From positions 1 through 42,246 of IMG/VR virus record IMGVR_UViG_3300023283_000230: a DNA stretch of 42,246 nt; one strand, written 5' to 3'. The notes beneath the pieces are model-generated. The model did no database searches. It was not told where the DNA came from and worked only from the letters and a program-made list of their open reading frames with translations. Source of the stretch: a virus. Taxonomy: Duplodnaviria > Caudoviricetes. The translations under genes were made by a program, and so were the position numbers. This document shows positions 17,628 to 27,271 of the stretch, piece by piece (the stretch's first letter is position 1; every line of letters starts with the position of its first letter).

Positions 17628-18206
17628 TTAGAAACCCTCGTTGTAGGCCTTAACCGCGAGGCGATAGCGCCGCTGGTACGCCAGCTCCGCCTCACGGTTC
17701 TCTTCGTAGTAACGCCGCTTGTACGCCAGCTTCGCCTCGCGGTTCTCTTCGTAGTAACGCCGCTTGTACGCCAGCTTCGCCTCGCGGTTCTCTTCGTAGT
17801 GACGCCGGTAGTACGCCAGCTTCGCCTCGCGGTTCTCTTCGTGGTAACGCCGGTCGTACGCCCGCTTCGCCTCGCGGTTCTCTTCGCGGTAACGCCGGTT
17901 GTACGCCAGCCTCGCCTCACGGTTCTCTTCGTAGTAACGCCGCTTGTACGCCAGCGCCGCCTCGCGGTTCTCTTCGTGGTACCGCCGGTCGTACGCCAGC
18001 TTCGCCTCGCGGTTCTCTTCGCGGTAACGCCGGTTGTACGCCAGCTTCGCCTCACGGTTCTCTTCGTAGTACCGCCGCTTGTACGCCGCCTGGCAGTCCA
18101 CGCACTTACCACTGTTCGTGTACCGCTTAACCCCACCGTGCGTCTTACACAGTCCTTCGTAGAACCGCTCGCCCGCTGCTTTCGCTTTCTGCCTAGCTGT
18201 CGCCAT
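17628..18206 (-). CDS. Cys/His zinc-motif plus YYEENRE-repeat protein (resembles HNH-endonuclease N-terminus, no nuclease domain)
   Basis: C-x2-H...C-x2-C followed by nine 15-aa repeats (YYEENREAKLAYKRR). Confidence 0.75.
   Translation of the reverse strand: MATARQKAKAAGERFYEGLCKTHGGVKRYTNSGKCVDCQAAYKRRYYEENREAKLAYNRRYREENREAKLAYDRRYHEENREAALAYKRRYYEENREARLAYNRRYREENREAKRAYDRRYHEENREAKLAYYRRHYEENREAKLAYKRRYYEENREAKLAYKRRYYEENREAELAYQRRYRLAVKAYNEGF
17676..18087. repeat. Nine tandem 45-bp repeats
   Basis: Unit GTACGCCAGCTTCGCCTCGCGGTTCTCTTCGTAGTAACGCCGCTT with point variants. Confidence 0.97.
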
Positions 18207-19995
18207 CGGTCTCGGCCTCTACTAAGTCGTAACCTTTACTCGTAGCCACCAGCTTGCCTTTATCCTCCAAGCTAGCAAGCACCCTTCTAGCATCAATCTT
18301 CGACATTCGCAACCCCGACACCACCTGGTTCGCCTGGCCTTTTGTTATCTTCCCGTCAACCCCCGCCGCGCGCACTAGCTCTGCGAGCAGCGTGCGCTCC
18401 ACGTGGGTCAGGCTCGAGTCCCCGGGATCGACCTGCTCGAACACGCACGTCGTCACCGGGTCTCCGTCGGAGTCGAGGCCCAGAGGCATCGGCTTCAGGT
18501 CGTAGTACAGCTCGAGCTGCGCCTCGTCGCGCTGCTTCCGAGCGTAGAGCCGATACGCCGCCTTGTCCAGCCGAAGGACCGTGTCCATGTGGGCCTCGAT
18601 CGCCGAGTCCCCGCGCCCCCGCTCCTGGTCCCCGTGCCCGGGGTGATGGACGGTGAGCACCGTGCACCCGCGTTCCTGCGCGAGCTTCGAAGCCCAGGCC
18701 AAGTACGCCCCGGTCAGGTCGGCGTCGGAGTCCGAGCCCCCGAGAGCGTTGCGCAGGGGGTCCACGACGATTAACGCCGGAAAATTCCCCGTGTTCTGCT
18801 CGAATTCCTTGAGGATGGCCGTGACTTCGAGCTGACCTTTTGGCGGGTTCTCAGCGCCAGAAACCCTCGGTTTTTGGACCAGAGGCCGGTTCATCGCGTA
18901 GATGCGGAAAGGCACCTGGCTCCAGTCCCAGTCCTCGTACTGCTTCGTCAGCGCGTAGGCCCGGCGCTGGATGGCGGCGGTGCCCTCGTAGGCCAGGAGG
19001 AGGACCCCGCCCTGGGAGACCGCGCACCCGCACCAGGGCTCCCCCGCGGCCACGTGCGCGGCCAGATTCATGGCTGCAAAAGTCTTCCCCCCGCCCCAAG
19101 CGCCGAACAGCAGCGCCATTGAGCCCTGATCGAGCCAGCCCTTCACGAGGTAGTTCGTCCTAAGCACGGACTCCAGCGAGATGTCCCCGGGGCCGTAGAG
19201 CTTCGGGAGCGGCCGCGCGAAGGCGATGGCGGGGTGGTTGACACCGAAGGGCTCGCGGTTGTAGCGATAGGCGTTCCGGATCTTCTGGGCCAGCTCCTCG
19301 GGGCTCCAAGGCGGCTCGCAGCGCGCGTTCCAGTCCGCCATGGCTTCGGGGGCTCTGCGCTCGGGCACGCCGTAGGACCGCACCGTGGAGACCGTCTTCA
19401 GCGTCCACTCGTCTCCGCCCTGATCTTGGATGGCGGGGGGCCGGAAGTCGAGCGCGTTCCGCGCGTATTCGATCGCGAGGTCCTCATCCCGGGGCGAGAG
19501 CTTCACCTCCCTGCGCTGGTACCCGGCGGTCGAAGCGGGGCGCCCCGCGGATGCGCGCCGGGCCAGCCAGTCGGGCGCATCGGCGATCGGCGCGTCCCGG
19601 GCGACGGTGTAGGACTTACCGTCCACCTGGCTGCCGGCGGCGATGACGTAGCCATGGTCCGCCCGAACATCCAGACCCGGCCCCAGGACTCCGACAGAAT
19701 TCCGTCCTTTGCCGCGGAAATAGAGGTGCAGCCCCCCGCTCGGGGTGCGGACGGTGAAGGTTCGCGGACGCCGGGGCAGTGCCTTCAGAGACGCCTTGCC
19801 GCCCTTGACGACATCCACGTCGAGGACGATGAGGTCCTGAGTGTGCACCGCCCAGTTGCAGTCTGGATACTGCTTGCGCCACGCGCGCAGCTGCGTGGGA
19901 TCGCTCGTCGCCTTCGCCGGCCAGTCGCGCACCAGTGGCGGCGCCTTGGCCCCGGCGCGCACGGGGAAGTAGCGGAGCCCGGCGCGGAATTTCAT
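18193..19995 (-). CDS. Bifunctional primase-polymerase (Prim-Pol) fused to AAA/RepA-like helicase
   Basis: VLDVD, RTPSGGLHLYF, LDVRADHGYV; Walker A GAWGGGKT, LIVVD, VHH. ATGA overlap with the polymerase gene. Confidence 0.92.
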   Translation of the reverse strand: MKFRAGLRYFPVRAGAKAPPLVRDWPAKATSDPTQLRAWRKQYPDCNWAVHTQDLIVLDVDVVKGGKASLKALPRRPRTFTVRTPSGGLHLYFRGKGRNSVGVLGPGLDVRADHGYVIAAGSQVDGKSYTVARDAPIADAPDWLARRASAGRPASTAGYQRREVKLSPRDEDLAIEYARNALDFRPPAIQDQGGDEWTLKTVSTVRSYGVPERRAPEAMADWNARCEPPWSPEELAQKIRNAYRYNREPFGVNHPAIAFARPLPKLYGPGDISLESVLRTNYLVKGWLDQGSMALLFGAWGGGKTFAAMNLAAHVAAGEPWCGCAVSQGGVLLLAYEGTAAIQRRAYALTKQYEDWDWSQVPFRIYAMNRPLVQKPRVSGAENPPKGQLEVTAILKEFEQNTGNFPALIVVDPLRNALGGSDSDADLTGAYLAWASKLAQERGCTVLTVHHPGHGDQERGRGDSAIEAHMDTVLRLDKAAYRLYARKQRDEAQLELYYDLKPMPLGLDSDGDPVTTCVFEQVDPGDSSLTHVERTLLAELVRAAGVDGKITKGQANQVVSGLRMSKIDARRVLASLEDKGKLVATSKGYDLVEAETDGDS

Positions 19996-22091
19996 TTCTG
20001 ATATCTCTCTCCGAGCCAGCACTCCGCCGCCACCGGCAGGCCTCTCGCCCAGGCAGGCACGCGGCACATCAGCCGCTGCGCGCGCTCTCGATCGCGCTCC
20101 TGGAACTTGCCCTCGACTACGATCTCGTCATGGATGTGCAGCACCACGGGGAGGCCGTTGCGCTCGAGACGCATCATGGCGGCGACGAAGAGATCCCGAG
20201 CCGCGGCTTGGGTCGCGTTTTCGACTAGCTTCCCCCCGTATGTGGTCTGCCTGGCCCAGCTCCGCGTGTTGCCGGGCTCATCGACAATAGGCCCGGTGTA
20301 ACCCTCGAGTCGCTTCTCGTCCTTCGCTTTCTTGAACGCGCCCCACTTGAGCGCGTCGGGTGCTGTCTTGTACGACAGCGCTGGGCCGAAGTCCGTCTCT
20401 ACCATCTTCGGATAGGGGTAACAGAGAAGCCGCCCGCTCGGCAGCTGCATCCAGAGAAACGAGCCGTTCATCCGGAACGTGATCCGAGCGTGGGGCGGCC
20501 CCACGGTGCGCTCGTGACCCTTGCGTATGACCGCCGACTTCGCGGCGTCCTCCATTGCATGCCAGTACCGCACCGTGCGCGGGTGCCGCTCTCGCCACAA
20601 GAGTTTCAGCTCGTCCGCGCGACCATCAGGCACATCCATCTTGAACGCCCGAGCCATCGTCTGAAACGCGCCCACCCCTCCCGCGTAACCTAGCGCCAAC
20701 TCCATTACTTTCCCAAGCTGACGCTGTTCCCCGCTCACGTTTCGCGCGAGCACGTTGAACGCCGCCGCGTAGCTCTGCTTGTAGATGTCGAGCTCGGGGT
20801 CCTTGTCCGCTTCCCGGAACGCTTTTACCTTCCAGCTCTCGCCCGCCAGCCATGCTAGCATGCGCCCTTCGATGTTGCTGAAATCCCCTCCGATGAATCG
20901 CCGCCCTGCTCCGGGGACGATGAACCCGCGAAGCAGCTGCGAGATGGTGGTGAGCGCCGGTTTGTCCTCGGGCAGTGGCTTGCCCTTGCGCAACCGCCGC
21001 ATCACGTCTTCGACCTCCTCGGGCGGCGGGAGGTCTCTGGGGAAGTTGTGCGGCTGGATCATCCGGCCGGCGAACCGTCCGGTGGCGGCGCCGTGATATT
21101 GCGTGGTCTCGCGGACGCGTCCGTGCGCGTCGGCCAGCCGCTCGATCGTCTTCAGCTTGGCCACGCTGGTCGCGCGCCCAGCTTCACGCCGAAGCTCGAA
21201 CGCCCGGCGCACCTCGGCCGGTAGGCCGGGCCGATCAAGCAGCGCATCGAGGACATCCGCCGCCAGCGAGTCCTCGAACACGCCGTAATCCGCCGCCCAA
21301 GCCTTCAACGCGGCTAGGGCATTGCACGATTGCACCGCCCCCGCGGTCACCAGCTTCATCTGCTTGTCGAGCCGGGCCAGCGTCTGTTCCCGCAGCTCGA
21401 GTGCTCCGCGCACGGCGGGCAAGTCAAAGCACGTGCCCCGAGTGTTGACGGCTCGATCGAACAGCCACACCCGTTGCTCACTGGAAGATAAGGCGCGAGT
21501 GCGCCGATACACCTCGCGCTCAACCACGACATCCTGAAGGCAATAGCTTCCGAGCCGCTTCAGAGCCCACTTCGGCGTTCGCTTCTGGCCGTCGAACGTA
21601 AACTCCGTCTCGTCGGTCACCCATGCAGGGTCCGCGCCGCGCATCACTTCGTTGGGGTTCGTGGGCTTGCACATGCGGAGCATGAGTGCATGCCCCTTAC
21701 TGTCTTTTTTCGCCGGCAAGCCCAAAGCCAGCGCCGCGTTCTCGAGCGAGCCGGGCAAGCCCATCGCGTAGGCGCGCGCCATTGTGCAGACGGTTTGCTC
21801 GGGCTTGAGCGCAGGGGCTTCCGGGAACTCCCGTCGGAGCACCGCCCGCCAGAGGGTCAGCTCGAACGCGGCGTTGTGCGCAACCACCGTCCCGCCGGAG
21901 ACAACGTGATCGAGCAACCGGGCGAGGGGCACGAGCCCCTCCTCTGGCCGCCACAGCTTCGGGCGCTCGTCGCCCAGCGCCCAGCCCAGGCATAGGATAT
22001 CGGTGCTCGGGTGCCAAGCGTATTTCCACAGTCCTACAGACTTCAGGTCCGCGACGCTACGTGTCTCGAAATCGATGAAGGCGGGGGGCAT
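19992..22091 (-). CDS. DNA polymerase, family A (APSE/SPO2-like)
   Basis: Exonuclease motifs IDFET and AHNAAFE; ATGR, DFSNIE (motif A), RQLGKVMELALGY (motif B), HIHDE (motif C). Confidence 0.96.
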   Translation of the reverse strand: MPPAFIDFETRSVADLKSVGLWKYAWHPSTDILCLGWALGDERPKLWRPEEGLVPLARLLDHVVSGGTVVAHNAAFELTLWRAVLRREFPEAPALKPEQTVCTMARAYAMGLPGSLENAALALGLPAKKDSKGHALMLRMCKPTNPNEVMRGADPAWVTDETEFTFDGQKRTPKWALKRLGSYCLQDVVVEREVYRRTRALSSSEQRVWLFDRAVNTRGTCFDLPAVRGALELREQTLARLDKQMKLVTAGAVQSCNALAALKAWAADYGVFEDSLAADVLDALLDRPGLPAEVRRAFELRREAGRATSVAKLKTIERLADAHGRVRETTQYHGAATGRFAGRMIQPHNFPRDLPPPEEVEDVMRRLRKGKPLPEDKPALTTISQLLRGFIVPGAGRRFIGGDFSNIEGRMLAWLAGESWKVKAFREADKDPELDIYKQSYAAAFNVLARNVSGEQRQLGKVMELALGYAGGVGAFQTMARAFKMDVPDGRADELKLLWRERHPRTVRYWHAMEDAAKSAVIRKGHERTVGPPHARITFRMNGSFLWMQLPSGRLLCYPYPKMVETDFGPALSYKTAPDALKWGAFKKAKDEKRLEGYTGPIVDEPGNTRSWARQTTYGGKLVENATQAAARDLFVAAMMRLERNGLPVVLHIHDEIVVEGKFQERDRERAQRLMCRVPAWARGLPVAAECWLGERYQK

Positions 22092-22111
22092 CGCTCTCTC
22101 CTCGCAGGGAG

Positions 22112-22135
22112 GGCCCGGGCATGGCGCCCGGGCCG
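22112..22135 (-). promoter_or_regulatory. GC-rich hairpin between the SSB and polymerase genes
   Basis: GGCCCGGGC-ATGGC-GCCCGGGCC. No U-tract, so a processing or attenuation role is more likely than termination. Confidence 0.45.
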
Positions 22136-22154
22136 TTCAGCCTATCACAGCAGC

Positions 22155-22763
22155 TCAGAAATCGAGGTCGTCGTCCTCATCGTCGCCGTCGTCGAGGAAG
22201 TCGTTGGTGCCCGAGGACTCCTCAGCCTCCTCAAGCGGCTCGAACTCGTCGGGCCGAGCCGGAGACCCGCCGCCACCGAAGCGCTCTCCGTCTTCCACGA
22301 ATTGAACGGTGCACAGCGTGGCGTTAATGCGCTTGCCCCACTTATTGTCCTGCGCCCAGATCTCGACGGAAGCGTTGACGTAGCAGCCGGCGTAGGGGAT
22401 CCCGTCCTCGGCCTTCAGCGGCCGGTTGTCCCGCCCCACGATGCAGGGCACTTGCCCGAGCTCGGGGTTCGCGGACGTCGAGACGTAGAGGTTGCCCTCG
22501 AACCCGACGTAGTGGCTCTTGACCTCGCCGTCGTGCAGCGCTAGGCGGTCCTGCGCCTTCAGCTGCTTGTATACGCCCTGCGCTTTCTGGCCCCACTTCT
22601 CTTTGGCCACTTGCTGCATGGCCTTGGTTATGTCCTTCACGTTCTTGTGGTCGGGCTCGAGCAAGAACGTCGCACTGTAGCGGGGCTCCGATTCGCTCGA
22701 GAACGCGCTCGGGGTGAACAGCTGGGGAAAAGCCAGCCGAACGTTGTACAGCTTCACTCGCAT
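22155..22763 (-). CDS. Single-stranded DNA-binding protein (DUF2815 type)
   Basis: VRLAFPQLF, YAGCYVNA, VQFVEDGERFGG; acidic tail ending in F. Confidence 0.92.
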   Translation of the reverse strand: MRVKLYNVRLAFPQLFTPSAFSSESEPRYSATFLLEPDHKNVKDITKAMQQVAKEKWGQKAQGVYKQLKAQDRLALHDGEVKSHYVGFEGNLYVSTSANPELGQVPCIVGRDNRPLKAEDGIPYAGCYVNASVEIWAQDNKWGKRINATLCTVQFVEDGERFGGGGSPARPDEFEPLEEAEESSGTNDFLDDGDDEDDDLDF

Positions 22764-22773
22764 TTCATTTCTC

Positions 22774-23655
22774 CTAGTCAAGCGGCTCGAAGTCCGAGAC
22801 CGCGGGTTTCGGGGGGAAGACCGGGACATGATACCCCGCTACCGGACGCACTGCGCCACAGGTGTTCACCCGTTCCATCTCATTTTCAGACAACTTCGTT
22901 GTCGAACGCGAAAGTTTCCGTAAAGCCTCCACTTGAGGGCACCCATGCCGAGCAGGGCACCAACGACAATGCGGGCCAGTGACAGGCTTGGCGTTTCGAG
23001 GTTGCCGCGCGGCAGTGACCAGCCGAAGAGCAAAGTCGAGCAGCAGCTCGTCCCACCACACCTCGTGAGTCTGGTACGCCCACGGCGAGTCCTTCCACTG
23101 CGGCATGATGATGCACAACACGAAACGCTCGGCCTCGGGGAACCGAAGCTGTGCGCCCAACGCGTAGACCATAAGTTGGGTGTTCGCTTTTGCCTCAACC
23201 AGGTGGCGGCCGAACTTGAAGTCCACCACGTAGACGGTCTTGGCTCCGCGGTCCCAGAGCACAACATCCGCAATCCCCCCGAGGTCGGGGTGCAGCGCTC
23301 GCAGGTCCGGGGTGAGATCCACCTCGCTCAGTTCCTCAGTGCACTCCAACTCCCAGTCCTTGATGCTGATGACCTGATCGAGAGCGAAGTTTACCTCGGA
23401 GATCATCCGCTCATCCACGGTAAACTTCCACTTCTCAACGGCCAGCGTCATGCCCCGGTAATTCTCGGGCGCAGCTCCAGAGTTGAACGCTCGCTCAGCC
23501 AACCAGTGCCGCGCAGTCCCCGCCGCCGCCGCTTCGTTCGACGTGTCGAGCCCTTCGCTCAGACGAATAGACGCGGGACACGCCATCCAACGGTCAGCAC
23601 CCGAAGCGCTGAGAACAGCGTGTGAAGACTTGGGGATGCGGATGTGGGTCGGCAT
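22774..23655 (-). CDS. DUF2800 Cas4-like PD-(D/E)XK nuclease
   Basis: HAVLSASGADRWMACP, GT..H, GIAD, DFKFG, QLMVYALG, HCRWCPA...C. Confidence 0.9.
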   Translation of the reverse strand: MPTHIRIPKSSHAVLSASGADRWMACPASIRLSEGLDTSNEAAAAGTARHWLAERAFNSGAAPENYRGMTLAVEKWKFTVDERMISEVNFALDQVISIKDWELECTEELSEVDLTPDLRALHPDLGGIADVVLWDRGAKTVYVVDFKFGRHLVEAKANTQLMVYALGAQLRFPEAERFVLCIIMPQWKDSPWAYQTHEVWWDELLLDFALRLVTAARQPRNAKPVTGPHCRWCPARHGCPQVEALRKLSRSTTKLSENEMERVNTCGAVRPVAGYHVPVFPPKPAVSDFEPLD

Positions 23656-24296
23656 CACGCGTCCCCCGTCTCCTCCGCCTCTTTGCACGCGGCGACGAAC
23701 TCGGCGTACTGCCTCGGCTTCAGTTCCTTCACCGACTTGACGCCGAAACGCCCAAGGACATCGCGGCACAGGTCGCTGTCCTGATCGTGAGCGACGTAGA
23801 CCGCGCGCAGCGCCGTGCGAGCGTCCTCCAGCGTAAGTTCCTTGGCCGGCTCCTCCGCAGCGGGCTCGTCATCCCACGGCTCGTCGTCTGCTTCAGAGCT
23901 ATCCGGGGTGTCGTCCGGGAACTCCTCGTCGTCCTCCTCGGTTGGCGCGGCGGTCTCCTCGACAGGAGGCGTGGGCTTCCGAGCCTCCAGCCAGCCCTGA
24001 ACGTCCGACTTCAGCAACCGGCCGCCCTTGCCGCTGCGGGGGATCGTGCCCCACTCCGTCTTAGGCACCTTGTTCGCCTGCAAGAACTTGGCCACCGCCG
24101 CCGTTGGCGGAGGGAGGTCGTCGGTTTTGGGCTCGGGCTCGGCCGCAACCTCGGGCTCGGCCGCAACCTCGGGCTCGATCCGCGTATACGCCCGCCCGCT
24201 CCGGGACTCGGAGACCGCCGGCTGATACGCCGCGGCCAAGAACTTCTGCGCCTCCTCGGGAGACGCGAACTCCATCGTGATGGTCACCTTGCTCAT
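23655..24296 (-). CDS. Acidic replication-module protein with an internal PSBD/E3-binding-like domain
   Basis: C-terminal LGRFGVKSVKELKPRQY helical motif typical of this gene position; internal SGKGGRLLKSDV. Confidence 0.7.
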   Translation of the reverse strand: MSKVTITMEFASPEEAQKFLAAAYQPAVSESRSGRAYTRIEPEVAAEPEVAAEPEPKTDDLPPPTAAVAKFLQANKVPKTEWGTIPRSGKGGRLLKSDVQGWLEARKPTPPVEETAAPTEEDDEEFPDDTPDSSEADDEPWDDEPAAEEPAKELTLEDARTALRAVYVAHDQDSDLCRDVLGRFGVKSVKELKPRQYAEFVAACKEAEETGDA

Positions 24297-24307
24297 TACT
24301 GGCTCCT

Positions 24308-25672
24308 CTACATGTCAAGGAAGGTGCTGAGTTCAGCCACTTTCCTGTTTACCACATCGGTTATGACCCGGTCAATCTCGCTGCCTTCAGCGATTGCATC
24401 TCGGATTACGATCGGGTGTTGCTGCCTGTACCCTCCCATTCGCTCCATGGCCTGCGCGTTCACCGCTGGCGACCAGTCTCGCTCCAGCATGATCCCGTCA
24501 TGCGCCGCCGATAGGTCAATTGCCATGCCACCGGCTAGAACTTGCAAGCACAGCACCTGTAATCCGCCTTTCGACGAGGGCTTGTCAAACCACTTAAGAC
24601 ACTGCTCCCTCCAACGCTGGTTAGTCCCTCCGTACAGCGTGCGAGCGCGCAACCCGGCCACCTGGCGCAAAAAATTCTCCAGCAGCCTCATGGGGATGCG
24701 ATGGTAGCCGAACACCACGAGCTTATCAACCAAGTTCAGCTCGAACTCTGAGACGATCGTCTCGTAAATGTGCGGAGCCTTCATGATCGCAAGGTGGTGC
24801 CGCAAGACGCTGAACTCTTTCTTGCTTTGTTGCAGGACCTGCAGCATGGCCGCGTGGTCGCCCTTCTTTTTTGCGAGCCTGTCGAGCAGCCGGTCTCCCT
24901 GCTCCTCGACCTCTTGGTAAATGTACTCGTGGCCCAGGAATCGTGTGTACTCGAAGAATCTCGGCGACAGGGGAACGTGCCACGGCACAACTTGCGCCGC
25001 CGGCAGCTCGGGGGCGACCTGTCTCCGCAGCCGGCGCTTGAGGACGGGCTTTACCATAGCTCTGATCTCCCCCTTTTTAAGGGTCTTGGTGCCTTTCGGC
25101 CGGCCATCCATATCGAGCCGGCAGTACGCTTCGCAGAAGGCGTGATAGTCCAGCTTGGTGCGCCCGAAAGCGCGCAATAGCGGCCACAGCTCCCCGACGT
25201 GATTGGGCGCCGGCGTCCCCGACAGCGCCCACACCCGCTTGGCCATGCGCGCCAGGCCCTGCTTCCCGAAGATGGCGATCGTACGTTTCGCCCGAGGGTT
25301 CTTCACCATCTGGCACTCGTCGAGCACCAGCAGATCGCATGGGATCTGCGGCCGCCGGCTGCGTACCTCGTCGTAGGAAAGCACCGCGAAATGCTCCGCT
25401 GGCAGCGGGCTACGCCGCCACCAGCGGCTCATTTCTCGGGGCCATACGCCGCGCGCGACGGCAGGGCACACCACTACGACGCGCAAACGATCAGGCGCGG
25501 CCTGCTCGTCGAGAACCTCAGCCGCCCGGATAACCTGCGCCGTCTTACCGAGCCGCATCTCGTCACCGAGCAACGCGTACCGGTGATTGAGGAGCCAGTC
25601 CCTACCCCGTTTCTGGTACGGTCGAAGAAGGCCCCCAACGGCGGGTGTAGCGGTATTGGCGTGGACGCTCAT
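24308..25672 (-). CDS. SNF2-family helicase
   Basis: LRPYQ, DEMRLGKT, LDECQ, LSGTP, WSPAVNAQAMER. Confidence 0.92.
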   Translation of the reverse strand: MSVHANTATPAVGGLLRPYQKRGRDWLLNHRYALLGDEMRLGKTAQVIRAAEVLDEQAAPDRLRVVVVCPAVARGVWPREMSRWWRRSPLPAEHFAVLSYDEVRSRRPQIPCDLLVLDECQMVKNPRAKRTIAIFGKQGLARMAKRVWALSGTPAPNHVGELWPLLRAFGRTKLDYHAFCEAYCRLDMDGRPKGTKTLKKGEIRAMVKPVLKRRLRRQVAPELPAAQVVPWHVPLSPRFFEYTRFLGHEYIYQEVEEQGDRLLDRLAKKKGDHAAMLQVLQQSKKEFSVLRHHLAIMKAPHIYETIVSEFELNLVDKLVVFGYHRIPMRLLENFLRQVAGLRARTLYGGTNQRWREQCLKWFDKPSSKGGLQVLCLQVLAGGMAIDLSAAHDGIMLERDWSPAVNAQAMERMGGYRQQHPIVIRDAIAEGSEIDRVITDVVNRKVAELSTFLDM

Positions 25673-25901
25673 GCAGGGTTCTCGCTTTTTCCCGCAGCGT
25701 TTCGGGGTCAAGCTCAAGGCGTCGGCATATCCACTCGAAGCTACCGACGTCCTTGCGAGTATCCATGAACCACGAGTACGCTTCGCCCCGAACGCTATGG
25801 ATGTACGCCTCGACGTCTCCTGGCGTGGGGTCGAAGACTAGATCGTCAACCGCCTGTGCTAGCAGCGCCTCGCACAGGTGGTACGAGTTTACTTCTGCCA
25901 T
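25602..25901 (-). CDS. Hypothetical phage protein
   Basis: GAGG RBS; LAQAVDD...SFEWIC..LELDP pattern is common in phages. Confidence 0.65.
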   Translation of the reverse strand: MAEVNSYHLCEALLAQAVDDLVFDPTPGDVEAYIHSVRGEAYSWFMDTRKDVGSFEWICRRLELDPETLREKARTLHERPRQYRYTRRWGPSSTVPETG

Positions 25902-26331
25902 GGCGTTTCCTCGTCGTGATGGTGTTCCTGGCTGGCGGAGTAGGATACGCCGTCTGGAGCTGAGCCACAAGTCGCTCACTCACCTTGAGCATCGCGCTCG
26001 CGGTTCCGTGCGGCGGGCGGTCATCTGTGAGCATGCCCATTGATTCCGCGTCGAACAACACCGCCAAGCAGGCCATGGCGCTTGCAAGGTGCGGCACGCC
26101 GGTTTCCGGATCCGATGCCTCGCCGTCCATCCAGCGCGCCACATGGCGGCGCAGGGCGGCCACGTAGACCGAAGCTCGCGCGCCAGCGACTCGCCAGTTG
26201 TACGCGCCATACTTGAAGCCTCCCTCAGTGAACGCCAACGCCATGCCTATCACGGCGGTGTCGGGTACGAGAGACAGATCTAGCTTGCCTGTGGCCGCTC
26301 GATCTTTTGGATTGGTATCCTTCCTACTCAC
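25846..26331 (-). CDS. dATP/dGTP diphosphohydrolase domain protein (DUF5664-like)
   Basis: NPKD...K.DLSLVP...G..KYG.YNWR...Y.AA..RH...W..GE..DPETG.PHLA.A signature. Confidence 0.88.
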   Translation of the reverse strand: MSRKDTNPKDRAATGKLDLSLVPDTAVIGMALAFTEGGFKYGAYNWRVAGARASVYVAALRRHVARWMDGEASDPETGVPHLASAMACLAVLFDAESMGMLTDDRPPHGTASAMLKVSERLVAQLQTAYPTPPARNTITTRKRHGRSKLVPPVRGAASTGG

Positions 26332-26872
26332 GGGCTTCTCCTCCGGCCGGCGGGAGAACATAGACCCCCGGCGCAGCTCTAAGATCCGGCCCCCAGCCGA
26401 ACCACGCGTACTCCGTCGCGTCCGTCCCGGCACCGGTGAAGCTCGGCCGCTGGGACAACACGTACAGATGAGACGGCGCGCGCGTGCGCCAGAAGCTCGC
26501 CCGCTTCTGACTACCCAAAAAGTTCAGGCGTAGCAGCATTAACACGGTGCGTGCTTCCAGCAGCGCCTTCTCCACAAACGCTTGCGCGTGCGAGTAGGGC
26601 GGGTTGGTGATGATCAGGTCATACGCGCCGTTATGCACCCGTCCCCTCAGATAGTCCCGGCCCTCGCGGATTTCATACCAGCGGACGTAAGGGGTGCGGC
26701 CCGGCATGCGCTCCATCGCGGCCTCGAGTATGCGCCCATCGCCTTTACACGGCTCGCAGAACACCCGCACCTCGGCCCAGTCCACAAGGCCCACTGCCTG
26801 CCGAACACACCACAACGGCGTCGCGTAGTGATCGTGCTCGGCGCGCCGAGCCCCTCGGTTAGCCGCACTCAT
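26324..26872 (-). CDS. Orphan amino (N6A/N4C) DNA methyltransferase
   Basis: Y.TP, EPCKGDG (SAM-binding motif I), ITNPPY (motif IV), YAWF.W. Confidence 0.88.
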   Translation of the reverse strand: MSAANRGARRAEHDHYATPLWCVRQAVGLVDWAEVRVFCEPCKGDGRILEAAMERMPGRTPYVRWYEIREGRDYLRGRVHNGAYDLIITNPPYSHAQAFVEKALLEARTVLMLLRLNFLGSQKRASFWRTRAPSHLYVLSQRPSFTGAGTDATEYAWFGWGPDLRAAPGVYVLPPAGGEARE

Positions 26873-27271
26873 CTACTCGACCCCGCGTTTAACCACACCA
26901 CGGCTTTCTCCGATCGCATACAGCACTTCCGGATCAAAATCCGACTCAATCAGATCTGCAATGTCCGCGAACGTGGCGCCAAGATCGTTCAGCTCGGCGA
27001 GTTGCTCCTGCGTGTAGCATCCGGCGCCGCCCAAAAGCTTCTCCGCCAAGCGAATCGGCAACAAACTCCCGTCTCCGCTGGGCAGCTGATACTGACCGTC
27101 TGCCGTCCCCGCCGACACCCAACAACCCTGGCCGAGAATAATCTCAGCGGCCACGCCAAGGCAGCAATACCTGTTTCCGCAGCGCAGGGCTCCGGTCCCC
27201 CGCTCGTACTTTCCACTTCGCAGGGCTTGCACCCATTCGTGCTGCAGCTCTTCCCGCGTCATCTCTTTCAT
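26873..27271 (-). CDS. Hypothetical phage protein
   Basis: WVQALRSGKY..G.G.L...CCLGV...LND.G.TF..IAD.IE pattern; ATGA overlap. Confidence 0.75.
   Translation of the reverse strand: MKEMTREELQHEWVQALRSGKYERGTGALRCGNRYCCLGVAAEIILGQGCWVSAGTADGQYQLPSGDGSLLPIRLAEKLLGGAGCYTQEQLAELNDLGATFADIADLIESDFDPEVLYAIGESRGVVKRGVE

Noticed and set aside
17676-18087. 45-bp array as a CRISPR array or DGR template/variable repeat
   Set aside because: There are no unique spacers, the repeats are in-frame coding units, the changes are not adenine-specific, and no reverse transcriptase or cas operon is present.
16688-18245. 482-aa extended phosphoesterase ORF and 278-aa plus-strand ORF across the repeats
   Set aside because: These alternative frames stay open only because the repeat unit lacks stops. 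The YEENRE frame tiles properly with its neighbours.
22774-23655. Cas4-like nuclease as part of a CRISPR system
   Set aside because: It is the standard DUF2800 member of the APSE-like replication module, with no array or other cas genes.
24132-24177. 18-bp tandem duplication (EPEVAA)
   Set aside because: Ordinary slippage in a disordered linker.
25846-26331. Z-genome (2-aminoadenine) system
   Set aside because: No PurZ/adenylosuccinate-synthetase-like gene is recognisable.
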